From IMG/VR virus record IMGVR_UViG_3300031525_000002: a stretch of DNA of 64,000 bases; one strand, written 5' to 3'. Below the pieces are notes generated by a model. That model searched no databases. It was not told the DNA's origin and worked only from the letters and a program-made list of their open reading frames with translations. Below are positions 53,366 to 62,794 of the stretch, piece by piece. Origin of the DNA: an uncultured virus (IMG/VR IMGVR_UViG_3300031525_000002). Taxonomy: Duplodnaviria; Heunggongvirae; Uroviricota; Caudoviricetes. The position numbers and the translations under genes are program-made. The first letter of the stretch is position 1. Every line of letters starts with the position of its first letter.

Positions 53366-54019
53366 CTACGGTCGCACCTCCCATACGGTGCCGTAGATCG
53401 CCACGCGATCCCCAAAGACGCGATCCACAGCGGCCTTTACACCAACATAAAGAGGGTGGCCGTAGTCGTGGCCGGAGAGGAACCCGGCCCCCTTCTTCAC
53501 TTTCGGCAGCCACGCTTCGATGTCCGCGCGCACGGAGTCTTCCCGGTGATCGCCATCGAGAAACACGAGGTCTAGCGAGTCGTCGTCGTAGAACCGGGCG
53601 GCTCCGGGGCTCGCTTCCCGAAAAATAGAGATGAGTCGGACGACATCCAGGTCGAGCTTCTCGAGATTGGCGACGAGTTGCGGGAAAGAATTCCACATGA
53701 CGTTCGCCGACCCCCAGGGGGCGACCTGAGCGGGAGGATACTGGTGTCCGGCGTCCTCTTGCCCCGGATCGAATCCGTGGACCTCTGACCGATGCTTTCC
53801 GCAGCGGACGAGTTCCTCCGCGAGGAAAATGAGCGAACGGCCGAAATAGCACCCGACCTCGATGCAATGCGCATCCTCGGGGAGGGACGGAACGATCCTA
53901 CGGTAGTAAGGGAGGATGTCGCGGCTCCAGCCGACGATGTCTTGGTGCCACGCGTCGGACCACTCGAGACCGTCGACGTTGCGGAGGAGGTCGGCCAGTT
54001 GCGCCGCAATCGGATCCAT
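53366..54019 (-). CDS. Class I SAM methyltransferase (Methyltransf_24-like)
   Basis: IEVGCYFGRS...FD...VFLDGDH....V.ADI.AWLPKV....LSGHDY. Confidence 0.85.
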   Translation of the reverse strand: MDPIAAQLADLLRNVDGLEWSDAWHQDIVGWSRDILPYYRRIVPSLPEDAHCIEVGCYFGRSLIFLAEELVRCGKHRSEVHGFDPGQEDAGHQYPPAQVAPWGSANVMWNSFPQLVANLEKLDLDVVRLISIFREASPGAARFYDDDSLDLVFLDGDHREDSVRADIEAWLPKVKKGAGFLSGHDYGHPLYVGVKAAVDRVFGDRVAIYGTVWEVRP

Positions 54020-54642
54020 CAGACGAACTTTCCATAAATATCGGCCCTCGTCAGCACGGCCTGCGTGTTGCCCCAGTGGTGACGACCGAAGATGGGAGCG
54101 TCACCTGGCGCCGGCGTGCCCGTGTAGTGCTCGGGTAGGAAGTGCCGAGCCGGAAACACGTGGGTCTCGCGATGGTGCTTCCCTATGCGCGTGAGGAAGG
54201 CCGGGCCCACGCACTCCCACGCTGCCACTTTCAGGTTGCAGGTCGGCACGCGGTTCACGAGCTCGTTGAAGAGGCGCGAGCCAGGCCGAGCCCCGAGGAC
54301 CGTCGTGGCCATCATACCTGGGCGGCACGTCTCGTTTTCCCAGCAACACCAAGACTCGTGTTCCAGAAATCTCTGGTCGAGCGCGTCGAGCGGCTGCAGA
54401 CACTCCTCGTCGGCGTCAACGTAAACGCCGCCATGCTTCGCGAGGAGTTCGAACCGCATGATGTCGGCCTTGCCGTTGAGCTCGGGCATCAGGTCGATCT
54501 GACGCTGGTTGCGCCATCCACGGTCGGAGATGTGCAGGCGGAACTCCCACTTCGGATTGAGCGCAGCCCACGTATCGAGTAGCTTGCGCGGAGCGGGCTT
54601 GGGACCGATCCAAATGGCGTGGATGATGCGAGGGAATTCCAC
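54019..54642 (-). CDS. DXD-motif glycosyltransferase (Gly_transf_sug/GT32-like)
   Basis: PRIIHAIWIG...KADIMRFELL..HGGVYVDAD...GP.FLT...HHW. Confidence 0.85.
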   Translation of the reverse strand: MEFPRIIHAIWIGPKPAPRKLLDTWAALNPKWEFRLHISDRGWRNQRQIDLMPELNGKADIMRFELLAKHGGVYVDADEECLQPLDALDQRFLEHESWCCWENETCRPGMMATTVLGARPGSRLFNELVNRVPTCNLKVAAWECVGPAFLTRIGKHHRETHVFPARHFLPEHYTGTPAPGDAPIFGRHHWGNTQAVLTRADIYGKFV

Positions 54643-54657
54643 TGTGTCGAGCGTATC

Positions 54658-55443
54658 ATGACCGTCGCCATCAGCGTGATAGTGCCATCGATGGGGCAGG
54701 CGAAGTACCTCCCCGAGGCGCTTGCGAGCATCCGTGGGCAAACTTTCGCCGGTGATGTGGAGGTCGTCGTCGCCGCTGGCACGGAGGCGGAAGCGAGTCT
54801 CGCGCGTGCGCTGGGCGTCGTCGCAGTGGTGGACGGTTGCGACCGAGGCCCGGGTGACGCACGGAATCGGGCCATCGATGTGGCCACGGGCCCGTACATT
54901 CTGCCGCTCGACGCCGACGACGTGCTCGAGCCGATGTGCCTTGAGCTCTTCATGAGTCACGCGGACGACAACACCATCGTCTCGTCCTCGACGAAGTCGT
55001 TCGGGATACGCAACTCCGTGTGGGTCCTGCCGCCCTTTGACAAGGTCCTCGAGATGAACCCGCTCAGTACGGCGTCGCTCTTCCCGCGGAAGATGTGGGA
55101 ACAGGTTGGCGGGTTCGACGTGGGGCTCGGGTACGAGGATTGGGACTTCTGGGTGAAATGCAGCAAGCTACAGCCGCAGGTCGTGCAACTCCGGGAAACG
55201 CTCCTTCGCTACCGCGTGCACAGCGAGAGTGCGATGGCGCGCATCGACGCGGAGCGGCTCGATCCGCTGTATCGAGCGATGCTGCGACTGCGTCACCCGG
55301 ACTGCTATGCGGGCAATGAGCCGCGAGACCAGGAGACGGTCGCGAGAATGTCGCCCCAAGTCTATCGTCGCCTCATCGAGCGTCTCCGTGCTTTCCCGGA
55401 CAATGCTGCGCTGCTAGCCTTCAAGGCCATGGTGTTCTCGTGA
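54658..55443 (+). CDS. Family 2 glycosyltransferase
   Basis: ISVIVPS....YL.EAL.SI..QT...ARNRAI.....YILPLDADD...VGGFD....EDWDFW. Confidence 0.9.
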   Translation: MTVAISVIVPSMGQAKYLPEALASIRGQTFAGDVEVVVAAGTEAEASLARALGVVAVVDGCDRGPGDARNRAIDVATGPYILPLDADDVLEPMCLELFMSHADDNTIVSSSTKSFGIRNSVWVLPPFDKVLEMNPLSTASLFPRKMWEQVGGFDVGLGYEDWDFWVKCSKLQPQVVQLRETLLRYRVHSESAMARIDAERLDPLYRAMLRLRHPDCYAGNEPRDQETVARMSPQVYRRLIERLRAFPDNAALLAFKAMVFS

Positions 55444-56042
55444 GACCCGACGCGCCTGAAGAGATCGTGGCGAAGCGCATCCCGCCGAGCGGCGACAGCG
55501 ACTGGCACCCGGAGATTCTCGGGTGGTCGGGCGGCATCCACGAGTTCTACGGGAAGATGGCGGTCGAGTTCGCGTCGGACGCGAAGTTCGTGGAGCTCGG
55601 GGTCTACAAGGGGCGGGGCATCCTCTGGTTGGCGTGCAAGCTGCGCGAACTGGGCAAGCTTGACGTGCAACTCGTGGGCATCGACGATGGCGTCTACTAC
55701 GACAGCCACGGCGAACTCATGCGCAACGTTGCCGCTGTGACGGACGGCTGGGGCGAGCGGCCCGCCGTGGAGATACGCAGGATGCGCGGGCGCGACGCCG
55801 CCCCCAGCTACCCCAACGGGTCGCTCGACTGCGTGTTCATCGATGCCGACCACTCGGCGGACGCGGTCTACCAGGACATCGTCACGTGGCTGCCGAAGGT
55901 GAAGCAAGGAGGGGTGCTCGCCGGACATGACTACGCACACGTCGACTGCCCAGGCGTGAAGGTGGGCGTCGATCGCTTCTTCGGCCAGGGGCGCGTCACG
56001 CTGGACCCGGACACGATTTGGCGGGTGCGGGTCGGCGCGTGA
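55440..56042 (+). CDS. Class I SAM methyltransferase (Methyltransf_24-like)
   Basis: VELGVYKGRG...GID...VFIDADH....V..DI..WLPKVK.GG.LAGHDY. Confidence 0.85.
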   Translation: MRPDAPEEIVAKRIPPSGDSDWHPEILGWSGGIHEFYGKMAVEFASDAKFVELGVYKGRGILWLACKLRELGKLDVQLVGIDDGVYYDSHGELMRNVAAVTDGWGERPAVEIRRMRGRDAAPSYPNGSLDCVFIDADHSADAVYQDIVTWLPKVKQGGVLAGHDYAHVDCPGVKVGVDRFFGQGRVTLDPDTIWRVRVGA

Positions 56043-56564
56043 GCAAGTCGTGCGATACGTGCCTCTCGTTCCTGCACGACACCGCGCAACACGACGGGCT
56101 CTGTAAGGAACCGATGACGTACAGGTGCTCGGCGGGCGCAGCGTGCATCTTCCACGAGCACAATGCCGCATGCGATAGACCGCGCGAGCACGAAGGGGCG
56201 CACGACTGCATGGAAAGCTACGTGATGTGATGCCCGAAGGGCCGTACCGAACGTCACCACGAGGCCCCGTACGCGTCATGTCGTGCGATCCTCCGTGCGA
56301 CTGGTCGCCGAAAGATTGGACTGCGGCGGGACGCGCATGCTTCGCATCAGGCCCACGGACGACACGCTCGTCATCGTGGCTGGAATTGCCCATCTGGAGT
56401 CGTGCCCGACGGTGCCTCGCGGCACCTGAGCTCGCTCTCCAGCCACTCGCTCGGGTACGGCGAGCACTGGTGGCAGAGCATGTGTCGCAGCTGCTCGACG
56501 GTGAAGGTGTGGAGGTCGTGCGGTCGCACGCCCGTCGCCCAGATTGCGGTGGCTTCGGCGCGCG

Positions 56565-56855
56565 TCATGACGCCCACTCCGAGCCGACGAGGCGGCCGTC
56601 GCGAATCGCGCAGGCTTCCTCGTGGCGGTGGATGAACTCGCGTCCTTCAGGCGTGACTACGTACGCGAGCACGGGGCGACGCCCGAAGACGTTCTCGGTG
56701 TCGCCGAAGCGCGAGGGGCGAAGGTAGCCCAGCCGGAGCAGCTTGCTGATGGCGGCCCGGTCGAGCCGGTCGTGGTCATGCGGGTTGGGCATGTCATCGA
56801 AGTCGGCGAGGATGTCGTACAGGACGGAGGCGGAGAGGCGGTGCGGCTTGCTCAT
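56565..56855 (-). CDS. Small winged-helix-like hypothetical protein
   Basis: MSKPHRLS...AISKLLRLGYL...YVVTPEGREF. Confidence 0.5.
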   Translation of the reverse strand: MSKPHRLSASVLYDILADFDDMPNPHDHDRLDRAAISKLLRLGYLRPSRFGDTENVFGRRPVLAYVVTPEGREFIHRHEEACAIRDGRLVGSEWAS

Positions 56856-56896
56856 ATGAGAAAGACGCGGGGGGAGGCGGGTTCTGACAGAGACGA

Positions 56897-57772
56897 TCAG
56901 AATGCCCGATGCCGCTCCCAGAACGCCCTGTCGAGCATCGCCCCCCGCGTCCCGCTGAAGCTGGTGGCGCCCACGTGCTCGAGCGGCGCCCCTTCGCCAA
57001 GGTAGAGGTGCAGGCGGCCGCCCATCGCGCGCCACCGGTCACAGAAGGCCACGTCCTCCATGGTGAACACGCGTCGCTCGAGGCCCGTGTGAAAGAGGCC
57101 GACGTGCTCTTCATGTACCGGCTTGCCGTCGTCGTCGAGCCAGTCCTTGTCGTACCGGAGCGAATCCTTGTAGTGGGCCGTCATCTTCTCGAAGACCTCG
57201 CGCTTGATGAGCGCGAACCCGAAGGGGACGTGACGCGGCATCTCCGCGATTCCGTCGGCGCCGACCTCCCCGAGGACCTCGCAGCGGAAGTCGGGCACGT
57301 ACCGAACGGTGTAGCCGCGTAGGATCTCACCGAGTTCCTCGGCGGTGACCTCGGGGTGCTCGCGCAGGTGCTCGATGGCCTTCTGCGCCCCTTGGACCCA
57401 GTGTCGTGACTTCTGGATGTACGGGACGGCGATGATCGGCTTATCGGCCTTGAGGAGGCGCGTGAGCAGAGGCGCGATCTGGCCGGAGGTCGTCGGCTTC
57501 ACGTCCGAATCCCATAGGAGCGCGTGCGTGTACTGCCGCGGGTGCGCCAAGAAGAGGCGAACCAGGTTGTTGCGCGCGTGCTCGATGCAGTTGGGGTACG
57601 GCTGCGGGTCGAGCTCGACCGAGCCCCCGTCCCACGACTTGTCGTCGCAGATCACGTCGAGTTGCTTGCCGAGTTGGTAGAGGGTACCGGCGATGGCGCG
57701 GCTGAGGCCGGCGGCTTCGCTGTCACCGTATAACGGCAGAAGCGCGCAAATTCGGAAGTTGGCCATCGTCAC
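56897..57772 (-). CDS. GT-A fold glycosyltransferase (phage type)
   Basis: IEHARN.LV..FL...THALLWDSDV...GFALIKREVFEKM...EDVAFC.RW...GG......L.HVG. Confidence 0.8.
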   Translation of the reverse strand: MTMANFRICALLPLYGDSEAAGLSRAIAGTLYQLGKQLDVICDDKSWDGGSVELDPQPYPNCIEHARNNLVRLFLAHPRQYTHALLWDSDVKPTTSGQIAPLLTRLLKADKPIIAVPYIQKSRHWVQGAQKAIEHLREHPEVTAEELGEILRGYTVRYVPDFRCEVLGEVGADGIAEMPRHVPFGFALIKREVFEKMTAHYKDSLRYDKDWLDDDGKPVHEEHVGLFHTGLERRVFTMEDVAFCDRWRAMGGRLHLYLGEGAPLEHVGATSFSGTRGAMLDRAFWERHRAF

Positions 57773-58384
57773 TCACCCCGACCTCGCCTTGAACGCCTCC
57801 CGAGCGGCCGTATGCCCCCCGAGCGACTGGATGCGGGTGAAGTCGTCAGATCCCGCTCCGTACTTCCGAATGAACGCGAACCATGGCGCGTCCGCTACGC
57901 GGCGCTCCTCGTCACGCGCGCGACGCTCGGCCGCCTCACGATCCCGAGTCGCCTCGCGCTTCTCTGCGCTCGCCTTACGCTTCGCCTCGAGCCCGGAGAC
58001 CGCCTCCGACGAGAAGCTCGCCTCGCCCGGATCGAACATGCGCCCGTGGTTCTTCCCCGAGCACTGGCACTCGCAGGTAAAGCCGGTCGATGACGTGCAC
58101 TTCGCGGAGCACACCTCCTTCGCGCTGTACCGCCCACGGATCTCGGTGGCCCGGCGTGGCTTGTGGCACTGGCGGCAGTCGATGACGAAGGCCCCCTCGA
58201 CGTTGAGGTGCGGCGCGCCCTTCGGCTGCGCGTAGACGTAGACGTTGCTGCCCTGAGGCGCACGGCGCGCCTCGTCGGCGCTCGAGGTGCGGCTCGTGGC
58301 GATGCCACACGCCTTGCACTTGGCGATCCAGCGGCAGCGCTTGAGGAGGACCGGGCCGGGTAAGGTGGTACCGATGAGGCTCAT
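57773..58384 (-). CDS. MSLIG-tag protein with Zn-binding motifs
   Basis: Starts MSLIGT; CKAC, CRQC, CSAKC...CECQCSGKNHG. Confidence 0.75.
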   Translation of the reverse strand: MSLIGTTLPGPVLLKRCRWIAKCKACGIATSRTSSADEARRAPQGSNVYVYAQPKGAPHLNVEGAFVIDCRQCHKPRRATEIRGRYSAKEVCSAKCTSSTGFTCECQCSGKNHGRMFDPGEASFSSEAVSGLEAKRKASAEKREATRDREAAERRARDEERRVADAPWFAFIRKYGAGSDDFTRIQSLGGHTAAREAFKARSG

Positions 58385-58614
58385 CGCTGCACCGGTGCGG
58401 CCTTGATGACCTTGCCTCCTCGCCGGTACGTCTCCTGCTGAATCGCAACGATGGCACTGCGAGGTGCGAAGACGCGGACGTAGAGGAACGGGCGCTTCGG
58501 TTCACCCGTCTGGTACCCTTGACGCTCACACCACTCGCGGAACGCCTCCGCTTCGTACGTGGCGCCGAATTCGCTCAGGCAGTGCCACGGGCGGTCCATG
58601 AGGCCACCGTTCAT
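58381..58614 (-). CDS. Small hypothetical protein in the tag array (degenerate start MNGGLM)
   Basis: ATGA overlaps on both sides. Confidence 0.6.
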   Translation of the reverse strand: MNGGLMDRPWHCLSEFGATYEAEAFREWCERQGYQTGEPKRPFLYVRVFAPRSAIVAIQQETYRRGGKVIKAAPVQR

Positions 58615-59249
58615 CGGGACACCACGTCGCGCTTCGCGCGCCCCAGAGGGTCCCGCTCGGACGTGGGGTACGTGAACACGCGGTGGGGTCGGTCGGAACT
58701 CTGCTCGGCCGCATAGGCGCGCGCCTTGGCGAGGTCCTTCGCGTCACCCCGGTTCTTCCACATCGCCGCCCGTGGCACGCGGACCGTCTTGAAGGTCGGC
58801 AGGCGCCACGTGGACCCCTCGCGCTCGACCTGCTGCTCCTCGGTCGTCCACGCGAGGACGATCTTCATCTTCGCTGGCTCTAGCGGCTCGCGCGCCTCAC
58901 GCTTCTCCTCGGCCTCGATGAACGCCTCGCGCGCCATCTGCTCGCGGTGCTCGCTGGCGTCAGGCGTCCGCACGCGTGGAGCCCGAGGCGCCGTCGGCGC
59001 CGCCTCGCGCTCGTTGAGTACCCGGACCGCCCACGCGCACGCCGACGCTGCTGTGGAGCCGTACGGACCCGCTGCGTGCTCAATCCACCTGCGCTTGCCG
59101 GTCCGCTCGACCGAGCCCATGAAGACGCCCGACTGCTCGACGCGCCATGACCGCTTGCAGACCGGAGACGCGCCTCGGTCGGGGATGAGCGTCAGGATGC
59201 CGTGCGTGATCGTCTCACGCGGGTCGGGCTTGCGTCCGATGAGGCTCAT
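58611..59249 (-). CDS. MSLIG-tag basic hypothetical protein
   Basis: Starts MSLIGRK; ATGA overlap. Confidence 0.75.
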   Translation of the reverse strand: MSLIGRKPDPRETITHGILTLIPDRGASPVCKRSWRVEQSGVFMGSVERTGKRRWIEHAAGPYGSTAASACAWAVRVLNEREAAPTAPRAPRVRTPDASEHREQMAREAFIEAEEKREAREPLEPAKMKIVLAWTTEEQQVEREGSTWRLPTFKTVRVPRAAMWKNRGDAKDLAKARAYAAEQSSDRPHRVFTYPTSERDPLGRAKRDVVSR

Positions 59250-59611
59250 CGCACGCGCTCCTCATCCTCGGCCTTCCGGTACTCCTCCATCTCCTTGGCG
59301 TACTCGCGCATACGACCGGCGGCGTACTCCGACCACCCATCGGCCCAAGCGTCGTGGAGGCGTCGCTTCTGCGCAGGTGTGGCCGTCACACCGGTCGGCA
59401 TGTAGTCGTCGACGTCGGGCGGCGACCCCTGGTCAAGGAGCCACCGCTTGATCGCAGCAGCGGAAGGCGTCTTGCCGACCTCCTCCGCGATCTCGGCTGG
59501 ACCCATGGTGTTGCCTGCGTCCTGGCGCCCGGTCGTCCGCCAGAACGGAAGCTCCTTCACGAGCTCGGTCTCCGTGAGCGTGCGCGAGGGGGGCTTGCCG
59601 ATAAGGCTCAT
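59246..59611 (-). CDS. MSLIG-tag hypothetical protein
   Basis: Starts MSLIGKP at ATG 59611; ATGA overlap. Confidence 0.75.
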   Translation of the reverse strand: MSLIGKPPSRTLTETELVKELPFWRTTGRQDAGNTMGPAEIAEEVGKTPSAAAIKRWLLDQGSPPDVDDYMPTGVTATPAQKRRLHDAWADGWSEYAAGRMREYAKEMEEYRKAEDEERVR

Positions 59612-60234
59612 CGCAGCGCCTCCACGGGCAGGAAACGAACCCGAGCGCCGCCACCCATGACGGTGACGGTGTCGCCCCGGTCGGCGCGCCTGAGGGCGGC
59701 CAGGTCGGTTGCCGACAGGCTCTCGCGGTTGTCGCGGATGAAGGTGACGAGGCCGCATTCCCCCTCGTCACCCCGGTCGGACCGCCAGTGCACCGGGAGG
59801 TCCTGGGCGCCTTTGGCAAACGCCTTGACGGCGGGGGCGAGGGTTCGGTGGCCTTCCGAGGTGATGCGCCCGTCCTCAACGACGTAGAAGCCACCGCTTG
59901 AGGCGATCCCGATCTGACCCCGGCGAGAAAAGCCGAGCGTCACATTGTAGCGCAGGCCCGTACCATTTGTTCCTGGGATGGCCGTCACCGTTGGCTTGGC
60001 CGAAGGAGCCTTGTAGAGCCCGTGCGTCTTGAGTGCGCGCTCCTCGGTCTGGCGACGCTCGCGGCCCTCGCGACGGGCCTCGGCGCGCTTGCTCCTGGCC
60101 ACCCACGCCGGCACGGCCCCCATCTTCGCGAGGTTCTCGTGTGCGCGCGCGACCTCGAGAGCCTGCGCTTCCACGCGCCGACGGTAGGCGATGTTCGACT
60201 GCTCGGCTTCGGGCAATTTGCCGATGAGGCTCAT
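59608..60234 (-). CDS. MSLIG-tag basic hypothetical protein
   Basis: Starts MSLIGKL; ATGA overlap. Confidence 0.75.
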   Translation of the reverse strand: MSLIGKLPEAEQSNIAYRRRVEAQALEVARAHENLAKMGAVPAWVARSKRAEARREGRERRQTEERALKTHGLYKAPSAKPTVTAIPGTNGTGLRYNVTLGFSRRGQIGIASSGGFYVVEDGRITSEGHRTLAPAVKAFAKGAQDLPVHWRSDRGDEGECGLVTFIRDNRESLSATDLAALRRADRGDTVTVMGGGARVRFLPVEALR

Positions 60235-61049
60235 GCGCCACCCAGCCGGTACATCTCGTCGCTCGAGCCGCGAATCTCCTTCGCGCCCGACCCAGGACGG
60301 TCCCAGACGCGGCCGTTGTAGCTTACGTGTCCGATGACCTTGCCGGAGGCGTCACGGATGTCCCCGCCCGTCCAGTTACCACCCCCGAGCTCGTTCTTGG
60401 TGATGAACTGCTGCACGACGCTGGACGCCTCCAGGTAGCTGGTGACGGGAACCCGGTGCGAGCGAATCGAGACGGAACCACGATGGTCGCTCGAGTAACT
60501 GGAGTGGGTGAAGTCGGGGTTCGGCTCGGCAGCGAGCTCCACGGACCAGTTGCCCGACTCCGCCCCGCGCGACTCCTTCGCCTTGAGGTGCGCCTCGAGC
60601 AGTTCCGCAGCTCGGCGGCACACGAGGACTCGCCAGGTCGGAAAGGCTTGCCCAGACCGCCCCCCTTCGCCCCCGTTCGGGTCGAGGGACCATCCGTTGT
60701 ACGGGATCGCGTTCACGTGACGCCGGGGGGGCGCGCCCCGCTTGACGCTGCCCATGAATTCGCCGTTCAGTTCGACGAGCCACGACCCCTTGTTGGGCTG
60801 AAGCATCATGAAGTTGCCGTCCGTCAGCACCTTCGTCGAGTAGGGGGCGATGTGCAGGGGCGAGCCGGGGACGTTCGCGGGGATCGACGCCTTCGCGCGC
60901 CGTGGGCGCTTCGGAGGCGTGGCGTAGGGGTCGGCCATGTGCGCTCGGAGGTCGGCCCGGCGCTCCGCGTCCGTCCGCTGGGTCCGCTGGGGCTTCGGCG
61001 CGGGCCGGTCGAAGAGCGATAGCGATGTCGGCTTGCCGATGAGGCTCAT
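60231..61049 (-). CDS. MSLIG-tag protein with a C-terminal EAS...LGGGNWTGG...SYNGRVW domain
   Basis: Starts MSLIGKPTSLSLFDRPAP; C-terminal motif recalled from mobile-element hypothetical proteins. Confidence 0.75.
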   Translation of the reverse strand: MSLIGKPTSLSLFDRPAPKPQRTQRTDAERRADLRAHMADPYATPPKRPRRAKASIPANVPGSPLHIAPYSTKVLTDGNFMMLQPNKGSWLVELNGEFMGSVKRGAPPRRHVNAIPYNGWSLDPNGGEGGRSGQAFPTWRVLVCRRAAELLEAHLKAKESRGAESGNWSVELAAEPNPDFTHSSYSSDHRGSVSIRSHRVPVTSYLEASSVVQQFITKNELGGGNWTGGDIRDASGKVIGHVSYNGRVWDRPGSGAKEIRGSSDEMYRLGGA

Positions 61050-61543
61050 GGCGACCTCGGCATCACATAGGCCACCCCATCAACGACGTAGCCACCCTTG
61101 ACCACGCCACCGATGCGCTTGGCAGCGCGGGCCATGGTGTCCTTGGAAATGCACGCCTCGACAACACGAGCATCGTCGCGACGAGATGTCATCGCGAAGA
61201 AGATGAACTGAGCCCGGTTGAACCCGCGAACGCTCGCGGCAGCATCGGGAAACATCTGATGCGCGCGAGCGCCTGCTGGCACATTGGCGGGGACGTTCGC
61301 GGCGGGCGCGGGAGCCTGGCGAGCCGGGCTCGGGTGCTTGTCTCTGGTGAGACCGCACTGGAAGCACTTGTCTGAGCCGCCCGGCATGCGGTCGAACCGA
61401 TGTGTGACGGGTTCGGCATCCATGGTGGCCATGAGCGCCCGGTACGCGGCTCGACTCCCAGGCTTCGGCGCGGTCGGCGCGGGCGCGGGCCTGTCGAAGA
61501 GCGACAGCGATGCCGTATCCTTGGGCTTGCCGATGAGCGCCAT
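61046..61543 (-). CDS. MALIG-tag hypothetical protein
   Basis: Starts MALIGKPKDTASLSLFDRPAP. Confidence 0.75.
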   Translation of the reverse strand: MALIGKPKDTASLSLFDRPAPAPTAPKPGSRAAYRALMATMDAEPVTHRFDRMPGGSDKCFQCGLTRDKHPSPARQAPAPAANVPANVPAGARAHQMFPDAAASVRGFNRAQFIFFAMTSRRDDARVVEACISKDTMARAAKRIGGVVKGGYVVDGVAYVMPRSP

Positions 61544-61878
61544 CAGTACCCCTTCATACCGCGAAAATGCGCTGCCTGCTCGCGAAGTCCCTTCGCCCGC
61601 AGTTCGGACGGTTCGAGGCGCGCAGCTTCGTCGAGCAGGTCAGCAGCACGGTTGTTCTTGGCCGCGCTCAAGCCCATGTCGTCGGCTGCTGCGTTCGCTG
61701 CGACCATGGCCACGCTTGTCGCGTGGTCGGCCTTGCTGCGCCGCTCGTCCGCCGCCCGCCCCTCGGAACTGCGCGACCACGCCTCGGAGGCCCGGTCCTC
61801 GGCGGCGAGCCCCGCACGGAGCTTGCGCCCCATGTCGCGCTCCTCGGCGGTGGGACCCTTGCGTCCGATGAGGCTCAC
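61543..61878 (-). CDS. MSLIG-tag helical hypothetical protein
   Basis: GTG start, (M)SLIGRK. Confidence 0.7.
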   Translation of the reverse strand: MSLIGRKGPTAEERDMGRKLRAGLAAEDRASEAWSRSSEGRAADERRSKADHATSVAMVAANAAADDMGLSAAKNNRAADLLDEAARLEPSELRAKGLREQAAHFRGMKGY

Positions 61879-62429
61879 GTCCGCCTCCCCGCCGCAGCCT
61901 TGCGCTCGCGCGCGCGTCGCTTCGCGTCACGGTACTCCCGCGCCTCGAAGCCGGTCCTCGGTCGGTAGTCGCGATCGCGAACCGGTTCGCCGAGTTCGGA
62001 GTAGAGCGGGATCGACGCGCGGCTTGTGAATGAGCGACCGCCTTGGTAATTCGAGGAACGCTCGTACTCGACGCCGCCCCACCGTCCCACCGCTTCGCCC
62101 ATCCGGATATTGCTGTACTGCGTGCCCATGCGCCGGGTGGTGATCGTCCCGTGCGTGAGCAGCATGCGCGCCTCGATGGCAGCGGGGTCCAACTTGTCCT
62201 CGAGAAGCCCGATGGCGATGCGGTCGAGCGGCCCGCCCGATGGGCGCGCGTAACCCAACCACGTCTCGATGCCGTCGCTGCCGGCGGCGCGATAGAGTTC
62301 CACGCGGCCGCCTCGGAACCGGATGGCGACGTACTTCCGTCCCCGGTAGGTGAATTCCTTGCGCGCGAGCTTGGGGGCGTCGTGGAGAGGGTCGTGGGGA
62401 GCGCGAGGGAAGCGACCGATGAGGCTCAT
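61875..62429 (-). CDS. MSLIG-tag basic hypothetical protein
   Basis: Starts MSLIGRF at ATG 62429; ATGA overlap. Confidence 0.75.
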   Translation of the reverse strand: MSLIGRFPRAPHDPLHDAPKLARKEFTYRGRKYVAIRFRGGRVELYRAAGSDGIETWLGYARPSGGPLDRIAIGLLEDKLDPAAIEARMLLTHGTITTRRMGTQYSNIRMGEAVGRWGGVEYERSSNYQGGRSFTSRASIPLYSELGEPVRDRDYRPRTGFEAREYRDAKRRARERKAAAGRRT

Positions 62430-62794
62430 GGCGTCCTCCGAAGATGCGTGAGGCCGGGATTGTACTTCGTGTCCCAGTCGCCGTGCTCGATGCGGAAGCT
62501 CGGCGAACCGCGCAACTCGTAGGCTTCGCCACCGTAACCGCGACTCCCCACCTTCCACGGGAACAGGTCGTTCTGTCCGTCGGACACCTTGAACATGCCG
62601 GTGACATGGCGGCCGCTCAAGCGACGAACGATGGCGACAGCGCCCGACTTGCTCTTGGAGAACCCGACCCGGTTGTACGCCGCGAGGTCCTCGGGATCGC
62701 TGTGCGTGGCCCAGACGCCCCACCCGCGCTGGATAGACGTGGGAGCGAACGTGAAGGCGACCTTGGAGTAGCCGCTACCGCCGATGAGACCCAT
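62426..62794 (-). CDS. MGLIG-tag hypothetical protein
   Basis: Starts MGLIGG; TAATG overlap. Confidence 0.7.
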   Translation of the reverse strand: MGLIGGSGYSKVAFTFAPTSIQRGWGVWATHSDPEDLAAYNRVGFSKSKSGAVAIVRRLSGRHVTGMFKVSDGQNDLFPWKVGSRGYGGEAYELRGSPSFRIEHGDWDTKYNPGLTHLRRTP

